Origin: a bacterium
GTDB lineage: Bacteria; SZUA-79; Acidulodesulfobacterales; Acidulodesulfobacteraceae
Direction of reading: 5' to 3'
NCBI GenBank assembly: GCA_003232385.1
Contig: QIJE01000006.1
Span: forward strand, 7,336 to 71,335
Length of the DNA stretch: 64,000 nt
Made by a program: the position numbers and the translations under genes
Shown: one piece after another, positions 20,393-29,644 of the stretch
Layout: every line of letters starts with the position of its first letter
Position numbering within the stretch: position 1 is the first letter of the stretch
The notes under the pieces: generated by a model
The model's input: only the letters and a program-made list of their open reading frames with translations
The model's database searches: none
What the model was told of the DNA's origin: nothing

Positions 20393-21901
20393 ATGGACGA
20401 TAAAAGGAAAATATTAATAATAGACGACGAAAAATCTATTCTTGAATCTGTTAAGATACTTCTCGGATTCGAGGGGTACGATATTTATACTGCCGAAAGT
20501 GTGAATGTTGCGAAAAAACTCCTTGATGCGACTGATTTTAACCTCATTATTTCAGATGTTAAAATGCCTGAAGTTTCAGGTATAGATTTTATAAAATACT
20601 TTAAGAGTGAAAGGATAGATCTAAGCGTAAAATATAATAATAAACTTCCGATTATTTTTATGACGGCATATTCTGACGTAAAAACCGGCGTAGAGGCCAT
20701 AAAATTAGGCGCCTACGATTATATAGCCAAACCGTTCGACAACGAGGAGTTTAAGATAATAGTAAGGAGGGCGATAGACTATTTTTCTGTTTATGAAGAA
20801 TTGAATAGCATCAAAACGGTTCAACTTGCCTTAGGTACGATAAAGGGTAAATCCATAGCAATAAAAAATGTTTTAAAAGATATATCTTGTGTTTCCTCCA
20901 ATTTTAGCAATATTATTATTACAGGGGAATCCGGAACGGGAAAGGAATTAGCGGCAAGATTGATTTATGAGATTTATTCCAAAAATTTAGGCAGTGTTAA
21001 AAGCGTTCCGTTTGTCCCCGTTAATTTGGCAGCAATTCCTGAAAACCTTGTGGAAAGTGAGCTATTCGGTTACGTAAAGGGTGCATTTACCGGTGCCGAA
21101 ACCGGAAAAATGGGTTTAATAAAATATGCTGACGGAGGAGTCCTTTTCTTAGATGAAATAGGTGATTTGTCCTTACAAGTTCAGGTAAAACTTTTGAGGA
21201 TTTTGCAGGAAAAGGTATATAGAAAATTAGGTTCTAATATAGAGGAACCTATGAAAGTAAAGTTTATTGCGGCTACAAATAGGAATCTAAACGAATTAAT
21301 ATCGGCCGGAAAATTTAGGGATGATTTATATTACAGGTTAAATACGATAAACATTAAAATGCCGCCACTGAGGGAGCATAAGGAAGATATCCCGGTACTG
21401 ATATCATATTTTTTGAAAAGGTTCTCTAAACATGTAAATTCTATTTCGCCCGAGGCATTGTCGGCTCTTATGGAGTATGATTATCCCGGAAATACGAGAG
21501 AGCTTGAAAACATTATCGAAAGGGCATGTATCTATTGCGGCGGGGAGGGCATAACAAATGAGCCTAAAGAAATTGATGTAGAGTGTTTTCCCGATTATAT
21601 TTTCGACCTAAAAAAACCGGAAAAATATCGGCATCAAGAAAGGGTTCAAGGTGATACGCCGAATGAAATAAACGGAGAAGTAGCTAAAAGGGGCGATTAT
21701 GTGTATAATATGTCTAAAATAGTCGAGATATTTGACCGTATTAATAAAGAAGAAGGCTTATCGCTTAACGATTTTATAAAAAATATAGAGAAAAGCATAA
21801 CGACGGACAGAACCGCGAAGAATAATTCTAAACATGAAGCGGCAAAAAGTTTAGGTTTATCCTTAAGGTCGTTAAGGTATATATTGTCTAAGAAGAGATA
21901 A
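20393..21901 (+). CDS. pilR: PilR-like sigma-54-dependent response regulator
   Basis: REC domain, GESGTGKE, ESELFGYVKGAFTGA, C-terminal Fis-type HTH (AAKSLGLSLRSLRYIL). Confidence 0.8.
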   Translation: MDDKRKILIIDDEKSILESVKILLGFEGYDIYTAESVNVAKKLLDATDFNLIISDVKMPEVSGIDFIKYFKSERIDLSVKYNNKLPIIFMTAYSDVKTGVEAIKLGAYDYIAKPFDNEEFKIIVRRAIDYFSVYEELNSIKTVQLALGTIKGKSIAIKNVLKDISCVSSNFSNIIITGESGTGKELAARLIYEIYSKNLGSVKSVPFVPVNLAAIPENLVESELFGYVKGAFTGAETGKMGLIKYADGGVLFLDEIGDLSLQVQVKLLRILQEKVYRKLGSNIEEPMKVKFIAATNRNLNELISAGKFRDDLYYRLNTINIKMPPLREHKEDIPVLISYFLKRFSKHVNSISPEALSALMEYDYPGNTRELENIIERACIYCGGEGITNEPKEIDVECFPDYIFDLKKPEKYRHQERVQGDTPNEINGEVAKRGDYVYNMSKIVEIFDRINKEEGLSLNDFIKNIEKSITTDRTAKNNSKHEAAKSLGLSLRSLRYILSKKR

Positions 21902-21922
21902 TAATTTTAAATATAGTTTAAA

Positions 21923-22693
21923 ATGAATTATTTGATAGTTCTTGAGTATGATGGCACGAATTTTAACGGCTGGCAGATTCAAAATGTTATTGAAAAAACA
22001 TACGAAAATAAAACGATAGAAGACGAGATTTCAAAAGCAATAAGTATCGTTACGAAATTTAATACAAAATTATTTGCTTCCGGAAGAACCGACGCCGGTG
22101 TTCACGCGATGAACCAAGTTGCCAACTTTAAGCTTCCATTTTATTATGATGTGAATAAGTTTAAAATTTCGCTAAACGGTATTCTTCCTTCGGAAATATC
22201 CGTAAAAAATATGGAGATAGTTCACGATTCGTTCCACGCCACCCACGATACCGTTGCAAAAACTTATCTTTATAAAATAAATTCGGTATCAAGAAGTCCA
22301 CTGTTATCCGGTCATTCATGGTTTGTCAAAGAAGAATTGAACTTTGGCCTTATGAGTGAATCTGCAAGGGTTTTTACGGGTAGGAATAATTTTTTTAACT
22401 TTGCAAAAAGAGAAAAAAAAAGACGTATCATAAGCTATTACAGGGTTATTTCTGAGATAAAAATCTTTCGTAAAAACTACGGGTTCGACATTTTAGTGAA
22501 TGGAGAAGGATTTCTGAGGCACATGGTTAGAAGGATAATCGGAGCTATCGTTTCATGCGGAACCGGTAAAACGGAATCGGCACACTTGGCAGACATGCTG
22601 GAAGGAAAGAATTTGTCGTATAATGTTCCGTGCGCACCTCCTTGCGGGCTATTTTTGCATTCGGTCAGATATGGACATAAAATTTATTGTTGA
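21923..22693 (+). CDS. truA: tRNA pseudouridine(38-40) synthase
   Basis: LEYDGTNFNGWQIQ and the catalytic Asp motif GRTDAGVHA. Confidence 0.9.
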   Translation: MNYLIVLEYDGTNFNGWQIQNVIEKTYENKTIEDEISKAISIVTKFNTKLFASGRTDAGVHAMNQVANFKLPFYYDVNKFKISLNGILPSEISVKNMEIVHDSFHATHDTVAKTYLYKINSVSRSPLLSGHSWFVKEELNFGLMSESARVFTGRNNFFNFAKREKKRRIISYYRVISEIKIFRKNYGFDILVNGEGFLRHMVRRIIGAIVSCGTGKTESAHLADMLEGKNLSYNVPCAPPCGLFLHSVRYGHKIYC

Positions 22694-22800
22694 TATTTTA
22701 TTAAATTTTATATATAATTCTATAGTTAAGTATGTAAAAGAATGTTTCAAGAACCGGGGGGTTTTTATAAAAAGTGGGTTACACCCGCTTTTTTTGTTTT

Positions 22801-23289
22801 ATGCATGAAAATTTAATAAAAGACGTAGAGAATATTATTGAGGAGATACTACTTTATTACGGGTGTTATCTTGTAGGAGTTGTGTTCCTTCCTGCAGTAG
22901 AGGATAACGGCGTCATCTTGAGAGTATATATTGATTCAGACGGCGGGATCAAGGTATCCCAGTTATCTGACGTATCGAAGAAATTAAGTATGATTTTGGA
23001 TATTGAGGATATGATAAAATTTAAGTATATTCTTGAGGTTTCATCTCCCGGTATAAATAGAGTTCTTTTGAAATTTGAAGATTATGAAAAATACAAAGGG
23101 GAAAGAGTTAAAATATTGTTGAAAAATGAAATAGACGGCAGATTAGATTTAGTTGGAAGAATAATGGACACCGAAAACACAGGCATAGATTCCGGCGGCG
23201 CTAAAATAAAAATTTTAGATGAAGTAGAAAGCAAAGACAGAATCATTCCGTTTTTTAAAATTGTAAAAGGAAATCTGTTAGTCGTATAA
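22801..23289 (+). CDS. rimP: Ribosome maturation factor RimP
   Basis: The ORF is open from GTG 22774; I prefer ATG 22801 (MHENLIKD...). LEVSSPGINRVL motif; sits upstream of nusA. Confidence 0.8.
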   Translation: MHENLIKDVENIIEEILLYYGCYLVGVVFLPAVEDNGVILRVYIDSDGGIKVSQLSDVSKKLSMILDIEDMIKFKYILEVSSPGINRVLLKFEDYEKYKGERVKILLKNEIDGRLDLVGRIMDTENTGIDSGGAKIKILDEVESKDRIIPFFKIVKGNLLVV

Positions 23290-23321
23290 TATAATTTTAT
23301 AACATTAAGGAGAGTCATAAA

Positions 23322-24623
23322 GTGTCTCAAATCGTCATAAACGACCTTAATCCGGTGATAGATCAGGTATCTAAGGATAAAAACATAGAAAGGCATTTAG
23401 TCGTAGAAGCGCTGGAGCAGGCAATACTTGCCATTGCCAGAAAGAATCTGGGTATTAGTTATGATTTAGAAGCGCATTTTATCGAAGAGAGCGGAGAGAT
23501 AGAGGTATTTATGTTTAAACAGGTGGTAGAAGCGGATGATATTAAAAATCCCAATACGGAAATATCCTTTGAAGAAGCGCTTAAAAACGATCCTGAAGCA
23601 ATTTTAGGAGACAGTCTTGGGCTCAAGGTCGAAAAAAACATATACGGCAGGATAGAAGCTCAGGTAGCCAAACAGGTTATATTTCAAAAAATAAAGGAAA
23701 TAGAGTATAAAAATATTTTTAACGAGTTTAACGAACGAAAAGGAGATATAGTTAGCGGACTTGTCAGAAAGGTGGAAAGGTCGGTGATAATCGTAGATTT
23801 GGGAAAAACAGAGGCAATTTTACCTAAGCAGGAGCAGATTTACAGCGAAATATACAAACCACATGATAGAATAAGATCGGTATTATCAAATATTAAAATG
23901 GAAAAATGGGGGCCAAAGCTTATTCTTTCCCGTGCTTCTGATGAATTTTTGATTAAACTTTTCGAAGCGGAGGTTCCGGAAATTTATGACGGAGTGGTTA
24001 AAATAGTAAAGGTAGCAAGGGTTCCGGGATTTAGGTCTAAAGTTGCCGTCGCTACAACAAACAGGGACGTTGATCCGGTCGGGGCATGCGTGGGGATGAG
24101 AGGAATTAGAATTCAGAGTATAACAAATGAACTTAGAGGGGAAAAGATAGATATTATACCTTATTCGGACAGTCAGGCAAAGTTTGTTGTCTCTGCTTTG
24201 AGCTCGGTAGATGCATCCAGCGTTATAATCAACGAAGATGCGATATCAATTACGGTTATAGTTCCGGATGATCAGCTTGCTCTCGCTATCGGCAAGCAGG
24301 GGCAGAACGTAAGACTTGCTACAAAAATTGTCGGTTATAAGATAGATATAGTCAGTGAGTCTAAAATTACCGCAAAGGATAAGGCCGCATATAAGGAACT
24401 TATGGATATACCCGGAGTCGGGGACATTACCGCAAAGCTTTTATATCAAAACGGCTATACAAAGGTTGACGATATCGTAAATGCAGATGTGTCCGAATTA
24501 GCCGGAGACATTGCGGTGGATGCAAAAAAAGCGGAAAAGATAATCGGCTCTGCAAAGGAATATTTAGACAGAGTAAAGGCAGATACCTTGCTTAAAGAAA
24601 AAATAGACGACGATATTAACTAA
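23322..24623 (+). CDS. nusA: Transcription termination/antitermination factor NusA
   Basis: GTG start after AAGGAGA. S1 domain, KH domains (GACVGMRGIRIQ, AIGKQGQNVRLA), C-terminal HhH. Confidence 0.95.
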   Translation: MSQIVINDLNPVIDQVSKDKNIERHLVVEALEQAILAIARKNLGISYDLEAHFIEESGEIEVFMFKQVVEADDIKNPNTEISFEEALKNDPEAILGDSLGLKVEKNIYGRIEAQVAKQVIFQKIKEIEYKNIFNEFNERKGDIVSGLVRKVERSVIIVDLGKTEAILPKQEQIYSEIYKPHDRIRSVLSNIKMEKWGPKLILSRASDEFLIKLFEAEVPEIYDGVVKIVKVARVPGFRSKVAVATTNRDVDPVGACVGMRGIRIQSITNELRGEKIDIIPYSDSQAKFVVSALSSVDASSVIINEDAISITVIVPDDQLALAIGKQGQNVRLATKIVGYKIDIVSESKITAKDKAAYKELMDIPGVGDITAKLLYQNGYTKVDDIVNADVSELAGDIAVDAKKAEKIIGSAKEYLDRVKADTLLKEKIDDDIN

Positions 24624-24636
24624 AATCGGGAAAAAA

Positions 24637-26955
24637 ATGACGGATAAGCAGGATTTTATTAAAAAGGAAGATAAGAAGATGGAAGAAAGAAGGGTTTCTA
24701 GAGGTGTTATAAGGAGAAGGGTAACTAAAACTGAAGTAAAAGAAACTAAGGTAAATTCGACAGAAACGGTCTCTGAAAGCAAGATAGAATCTCCCTTGCA
24801 ATCTAACGATATTTTAGCGAAGGATGATAGTTCTAAATCGAAAATTGCTGAAGTCGAAAAGGCCGGCTCTGTTACACCGGCATCGCCAAAAGAAAATACT
24901 GCCGTATCCAAAAACGGCAGTAAAAAACCGGTCCGCGGAAATACCGATGCGTTAAGTGCAACAAAGACTTCAGTGCCGCCAAAAGCAAAAAATACGGGGG
25001 GTGAGAAAGGCCGTGTTGCCGCTTTACATAAAAAACCTATTAAAAAAGATGAAGTTAAAAAGGGGCATAAAAGATTTGTAGATGCTTCTAGAGAGGGAGA
25101 ATCTTTTGTTTATAGAAAGCATAGAAGAAAATTCGGAAGCGGCAAATCATTTAAACAAGCTGTTCGAGCTAAGCAGATAATACCGGAAAGGAAAGCTTCG
25201 AAAAAAGTAATTAAAATAAGCAACGGCATAACCGTAAACAATTTATCTCAGACGGTAGGTGTTAAGGCATCTGAAGTTATAAAAAAATTAATGGATGTAG
25301 GAATCATAGCTACCATTAATCATGTAATAGATATAGATGCCGCCTCACTTATCGCCTCCGAATATGGATATACCGTAGATAACGTCGGATTTAACGAAAC
25401 TATTGCATTGGAAGAATCCGTAGATGCCCCGGAAACGCTTATGTCTCGTGCGCCGGTAGTTACGGTTATGGGACATGTCGATCACGGCAAGACCTCTTTG
25501 CTTGATGCCATAAGGAAAACAAACGTAATGTCTAATGAAATAGGGGGGATAACACAACGTATAGGCGCTTACAGCGTCAAGGTTGCCGACTCTATGATTA
25601 CTTTTTTGGATACGCCTGGTCATGAAGCATTTACTCAAATGAGGGCAAGGGGTGTCGGCATAACGGATATAGTAGTCCTGGTGGTCGCAGCTGACGACGG
25701 CGTCATGCCTCAAACTATAGAGGCGATAAACCATGCCAAGGCAGCCGATGTTCCTATAATAGTAGCGATAAATAAAATAGACAAGCCCGGTGCAGACCCC
25801 GATAAAATCAAAAGTAGTCTTATGGAATATGGTCTCGTTCCGGAGGAGTCCGGCGGAACTACATTGTATGTAAATGTTTCCGCTAAACTTGGTAACGGAG
25901 TAAAAGATCTTCTCGAAGCGATCATGCTTCAAGCCGAAATTTTAGAATTAAAGGCAAACCCGGATAAACCTGCAAGAGGGACGGTTATCGAAGCTAAGTT
26001 AGATAAAGGAAGGGGACCCGCGGCTACGATATTAATACAGAGCGGAACATTGAGGGTCAATGATAGTGCCGTATGCGGTTTATATTACGTTAAAGTTAGA
26101 GCCATGCTGGATTATAGAGGTAATAAAATAAGCGAAGCTGCCCCATCCACTCCTATAGAGATATTCGGTTTAGAGGGTGTTTCGTCCCCCGGTGACAATT
26201 TTATCGTACTGAAAAACGAAAGGGATGCAAAAAGAATAAGCTTAGAAAGGCAGCTAAAACATAGAGAGGCGGAGCTGACTTCCAATGCGAGACTGACGCT
26301 TGAAGGATTATACGCAAAGATAAAGTCGGGCGATGTAAAGGAACTGAAACTAATAGTCAAAGCAGATGTTTATGGCTCTATGGAGGCACTAATACAGTCC
26401 TTCAAAAAACTTTCCAATGCAAAAGTAAAAGTTAATATTATACATAGCGGGGCATCGGCGATTACTGAAAGCGATGTCATGCTTGCAAGGGCTACTAACT
26501 CTATAATTATCGCTTTTAATGTTCGTCCGGAACCTAAAGCTCTGGTTTTGAGCGAAAATGAAGGGATAGAGATAAGATATTACGGTATTATTTATGATGC
26601 GGTTAAGGATATCAAGGACGCAATGGAAGGACTATTGTCTCCCGTAGAGGCAGAGAGGATAACGGGTAAGGCAGAGGTCAGAGACGTATTTGTCGTTCCA
26701 AGGTCCGGAACGGTTGCAGGGTCATTTGTGATAGACGGGTTTATTAAGAGATCGTCTAATATCAGACTCTTAAGGGATAGTGTCGTAATCCATACCGGAC
26801 ACATAAATTCGTTAAAAAGATTTAAAGAAGACGTTAAAGATGTTCAGATAAATTTTGAATGCGGAATACTTCTTGAGAATTTCAACGATATAAAAGTAGG
26901 CGACATAATAGAATCTTACGATATAGAATACATAAAACAAACCCTTGAATCGTAG
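24637..26955 (+). CDS. infB: Translation initiation factor IF-2
   Basis: G-domain motifs GHVDHGKTSLLD, DTPGHEAF and NKID. Lys-rich N-terminal region. Confidence 0.95.
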   Translation: MTDKQDFIKKEDKKMEERRVSRGVIRRRVTKTEVKETKVNSTETVSESKIESPLQSNDILAKDDSSKSKIAEVEKAGSVTPASPKENTAVSKNGSKKPVRGNTDALSATKTSVPPKAKNTGGEKGRVAALHKKPIKKDEVKKGHKRFVDASREGESFVYRKHRRKFGSGKSFKQAVRAKQIIPERKASKKVIKISNGITVNNLSQTVGVKASEVIKKLMDVGIIATINHVIDIDAASLIASEYGYTVDNVGFNETIALEESVDAPETLMSRAPVVTVMGHVDHGKTSLLDAIRKTNVMSNEIGGITQRIGAYSVKVADSMITFLDTPGHEAFTQMRARGVGITDIVVLVVAADDGVMPQTIEAINHAKAADVPIIVAINKIDKPGADPDKIKSSLMEYGLVPEESGGTTLYVNVSAKLGNGVKDLLEAIMLQAEILELKANPDKPARGTVIEAKLDKGRGPAATILIQSGTLRVNDSAVCGLYYVKVRAMLDYRGNKISEAAPSTPIEIFGLEGVSSPGDNFIVLKNERDAKRISLERQLKHREAELTSNARLTLEGLYAKIKSGDVKELKLIVKADVYGSMEALIQSFKKLSNAKVKVNIIHSGASAITESDVMLARATNSIIIAFNVRPEPKALVLSENEGIEIRYYGIIYDAVKDIKDAMEGLLSPVEAERITGKAEVRDVFVVPRSGTVAGSFVIDGFIKRSSNIRLLRDSVVIHTGHINSLKRFKEDVKDVQINFECGILLENFNDIKVGDIIESYDIEYIKQTLES

Positions 26956-26999
26956 TTGCCGTAAGTTTTTACGGGAAGCTTCGGGAGGTAATACAAGAA

Positions 27000-27344
27000 T
27001 TGATTAAACGAAACGAAAGAGTTTCAAACCTCATTGCAAGAGAGGTTTCTTTGTGTTTAGAATTTAAAGTGAACGACAATAGGCTTAAAAATGTTACCGT
27101 TTTAAATGCCGAGGTTTCTAAAGATTTAAAGTTTTGCAAAATATTTTTTAGCGTAATAGGTCCCGAAAAGGAGATAAAAAAGGCGCTGAGCGGTTTTGAG
27201 AGTTCCAAAAATTTTATTAAAAGGGAGGTGTTCTCTAAAGTATTATTAAGGGTTGTACCGGATATAAGATTTGAATATTATGGCGGATTACATGAGGCAT
27301 ACAAGATAAATATGATTATAAACGAGTATAACTCCGGCAAATAG
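27000..27344 (+). CDS. rbfA: Ribosome-binding factor A
   Basis: 114 aa; TTG start after GGGAGG. Sits between infB and truB. Confidence 0.85.
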   Translation: MIKRNERVSNLIAREVSLCLEFKVNDNRLKNVTVLNAEVSKDLKFCKIFFSVIGPEKEIKKALSGFESSKNFIKREVFSKVLLRVVPDIRFEYYGGLHEAYKINMIINEYNSGK

Positions 27345-27377
27345 CGAATAATAATAAATTTAGAGCATGCCGTTATT

Positions 27378-28502
27378 ATGATATCTATAAAAAAAGAATA
27401 TTCTGTTTCGGATTTAAAGGCATTAAATGATTTTACGGACGATATATTTCGCGTCATAGAAACATCTAAAAAAGTCCTTATAGCCACTCATGAAAACCCG
27501 GAGGGCGATGCTATAAGCTCTGTAATTGCCGTAGGGCTTTTTTTGCAGGCGTTAGATAAAGACGTTTATTTCTATGATAAAGACCAAATTCCGAATAACT
27601 TAAAATTTTTGCCGCAGACGGACAAATTTATAAACGAGTTTCCGGAAGAACCTATAGATTTGCTTGTAGTTGTAGATTGCGGTGAATTTTCCAGAATAGG
27701 TTCCGGTTATGAGCAGCTTTTTGGTATTAATAGGATAATAAACATAGATCATCATTTTACGAATACTTATTTCGGACATCTAAACCTCGTATTGCCGGAT
27801 GCAAGTTCAGCCGGAGAGATTCTTTTTTATCTTTTATTAGCATATGGCGCTCGTACGTGCGGAATTAATTTTTCTCCATACGATAATTTTTTAGGAGATA
27901 CTTTAAAAGAGCCGCTTCCGTGCGATTTGGAGGCAAGAAAGGGTGTATTATCCTTTATAAACGACGATATTGCATTGTCCTTATATACCTCTATCTTGAC
28001 CGATACCGGTTCTTTTCATTATTCTTCTGCTAACAAAAGATCTTTTTATATCTGTTCCGTTTTAAGCGGATATAATTTGGATTTGTCTAAAATTGCTACC
28101 GAACTTTTTGAAACAAAACCGGCTGAGATGTATTTTTTGTTGGGAAAGAGTTTAAATACATTAGAATTCGCTTTAAACGGAAGGGTTGCATCAATGGTCG
28201 GGACTAAAAAGATGATAGAGGATGTCTTGGAAGAGTCGGATGGAAATAGGGTTAACGGTTTATACGAAAATTTCGTAAATTATCCAAGGTCAATACAGGA
28301 TGTTGAAATAGCGATATTTTTTAGAGAGACGGGCTTTAACCGTTATAGATTAAATTTTAGATCTAAAAGTTATGCTAATGTCGCTTATGTCGCCGAAAAA
28401 TTCGGCGGAGGCGGACATAAGTTTGCGGCAGGCTGCAAGGCAAGCGGTGATTTGAACGACATTAAAAAAGAAGTGTATAAATATTGCAGCGAGGTTATAT
28501 AA
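27378..28502 (+). CDS. DHH/DHHA1 phosphoesterase (NrnA-like nanoRNase / pAp phosphatase)
   Basis: HENPEGDAISS, VVVDCG, NIDHH and the C-terminal GGGHKFAAG (DHHA1). Confidence 0.75.
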   Translation: MISIKKEYSVSDLKALNDFTDDIFRVIETSKKVLIATHENPEGDAISSVIAVGLFLQALDKDVYFYDKDQIPNNLKFLPQTDKFINEFPEEPIDLLVVVDCGEFSRIGSGYEQLFGINRIINIDHHFTNTYFGHLNLVLPDASSAGEILFYLLLAYGARTCGINFSPYDNFLGDTLKEPLPCDLEARKGVLSFINDDIALSLYTSILTDTGSFHYSSANKRSFYICSVLSGYNLDLSKIATELFETKPAEMYFLLGKSLNTLEFALNGRVASMVGTKKMIEDVLEESDGNRVNGLYENFVNYPRSIQDVEIAIFFRETGFNRYRLNFRSKSYANVAYVAEKFGGGGHKFAAGCKASGDLNDIKKEVYKYCSEVI

Positions 28503-28510
28503 TTTAAACT

Positions 28511-29242
28511 ATGAAGTTATGTAAAAATGACGGCATAAGCGGGATTCTTGTCGTAGACAAGCCGGTAGGTATGACATCTTTTAGGGTAGACTCATTAATC
28601 AAGAGGGAGCTTAATTGTCCCAAAGTGGGACATGCCGGAACGTTAGATCCCTTCGCAACGGGAGTGCTTCCGATTCTTTTAAATAAAGCGACTAAACTTC
28701 AAGATAACCTCATAAATATTCCAAAGTCTTACGAAGGGACTTTTAAGCTGGGCATGAGTACCGATACCCTGGATATTTTAGGTACTTCTAACGGTAATAA
28801 AGAGGTTACGAGTCTCGAATTAAAGAATATAGTCGATTATTTAAGTAAATTAAAAGGGGATTTCGTTCAAAAGATACCTGCTTTTAGTGCAAAGAAATAC
28901 AAAGGAGTGCCGTTGTATAAGTATGCGAGGAAGCACATAGACATAATACCGGATAATCCGACTTCGGTAGTTAAAATATATGAGTTTGAAGTTAAATCGT
29001 ATGATAATCCGTATATAAATTTTAAATGCACCGTTTCTAAGGGGACATATGTGAGGGCGATGGCGCAGGACATAATGGATAAGTTTGATATGCCGACTCA
29101 TTTATACAGTCTTAAAAGAACAAATGCCGGAGGCTTCGATATTTCCGAAGCTCTGCCATTAGAATCTTTGGAGAAGGGTGTCGATTTTATAACTGAAAAC
29201 ATTATTCCGATGAACAGCCTCAAAATTAATATAACGGAGTAA
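28511..29242 (+). CDS. truB: tRNA pseudouridine(55) synthase
   Basis: GILVVDKPVGMTS and the catalytic Asp motif GHAGTLDPFATG. Confidence 0.9.
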   Translation: MKLCKNDGISGILVVDKPVGMTSFRVDSLIKRELNCPKVGHAGTLDPFATGVLPILLNKATKLQDNLINIPKSYEGTFKLGMSTDTLDILGTSNGNKEVTSLELKNIVDYLSKLKGDFVQKIPAFSAKKYKGVPLYKYARKHIDIIPDNPTSVVKIYEFEVKSYDNPYINFKCTVSKGTYVRAMAQDIMDKFDMPTHLYSLKRTNAGGFDISEALPLESLEKGVDFITENIIPMNSLKINITE

Positions 29243-29285
29243 ATAATAAAACAAAATATTATATTTAAGGAGGGGGTCAATTTAA

Positions 29286-29555
29286 ATGTCCATTTCAAGA
29301 GAAGAAAAAGATGTAATAATTCAGAAGTTTAAAACGCATGAGAATGATTCCGGTTCGGTAGAGGTGCAGGTTGCATTGATCACTTATCGTATTAATCTAC
29401 TGTCGGAACATTTTAAAAAGTTTGTTAAGGACCATCATTCAAGGAGAGGGCTTTTAAAAATGGTATCAAAAAGAAGGCACCTCTTGGATTATTTGAAGGA
29501 TAAAGATGAAGCCAGATATAAAATTTTGATTAAAGCACTTGAACTGCGCAAATAA
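29286..29555 (+). CDS. rpsO: 30S ribosomal protein S15
   Basis: 89 aa. [24 protein letters not shown]...[16 protein letters not shown]. Confidence 0.95.
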   Translation: MSISREEKDVIIQKFKTHENDSGSVEVQVALITYRINLLSEHFKKFVKDHHSRRGLLKMVSKRRHLLDYLKDKDEARYKILIKALELRK

Positions 29556-29558
29556 AAC

Positions 29559-29587
29559 GATAATAAAAAGATATATTCTTTATTATC
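29559..29587 (+). terminator. AT-rich stem-loop between rpsO and pnp (possible attenuator or RNase III-type leader hairpin)
   Basis: GATAATAAA (29559-29567) pairs with TTTATTATC (29579-29587) around an 11-nt loop. All A/T except the G-C pair closing the base of the stem, so weak. Confidence 0.3.
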
Positions 29588-29644
29588 AGGTTGATAGGTT
29601 TGATAATAGTGTCAAATCTTAATAGAATTTTAACGGGAGATAAA

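Noticed and set aside
21902-21922. A hidden pilin gene after pilR
   Set aside because: Only 21 nt separate pilR from truA. No short ORF with a prepilin leader was found here or in other gaps.
22623-22808. 61-aa ORF bridging the truA 3' end and the rimP start
   Set aside because: It is out of frame with truA but lies inside it for 70 nt. It has no SD and no motif. The intergenic part is better explained as the rimP leader.
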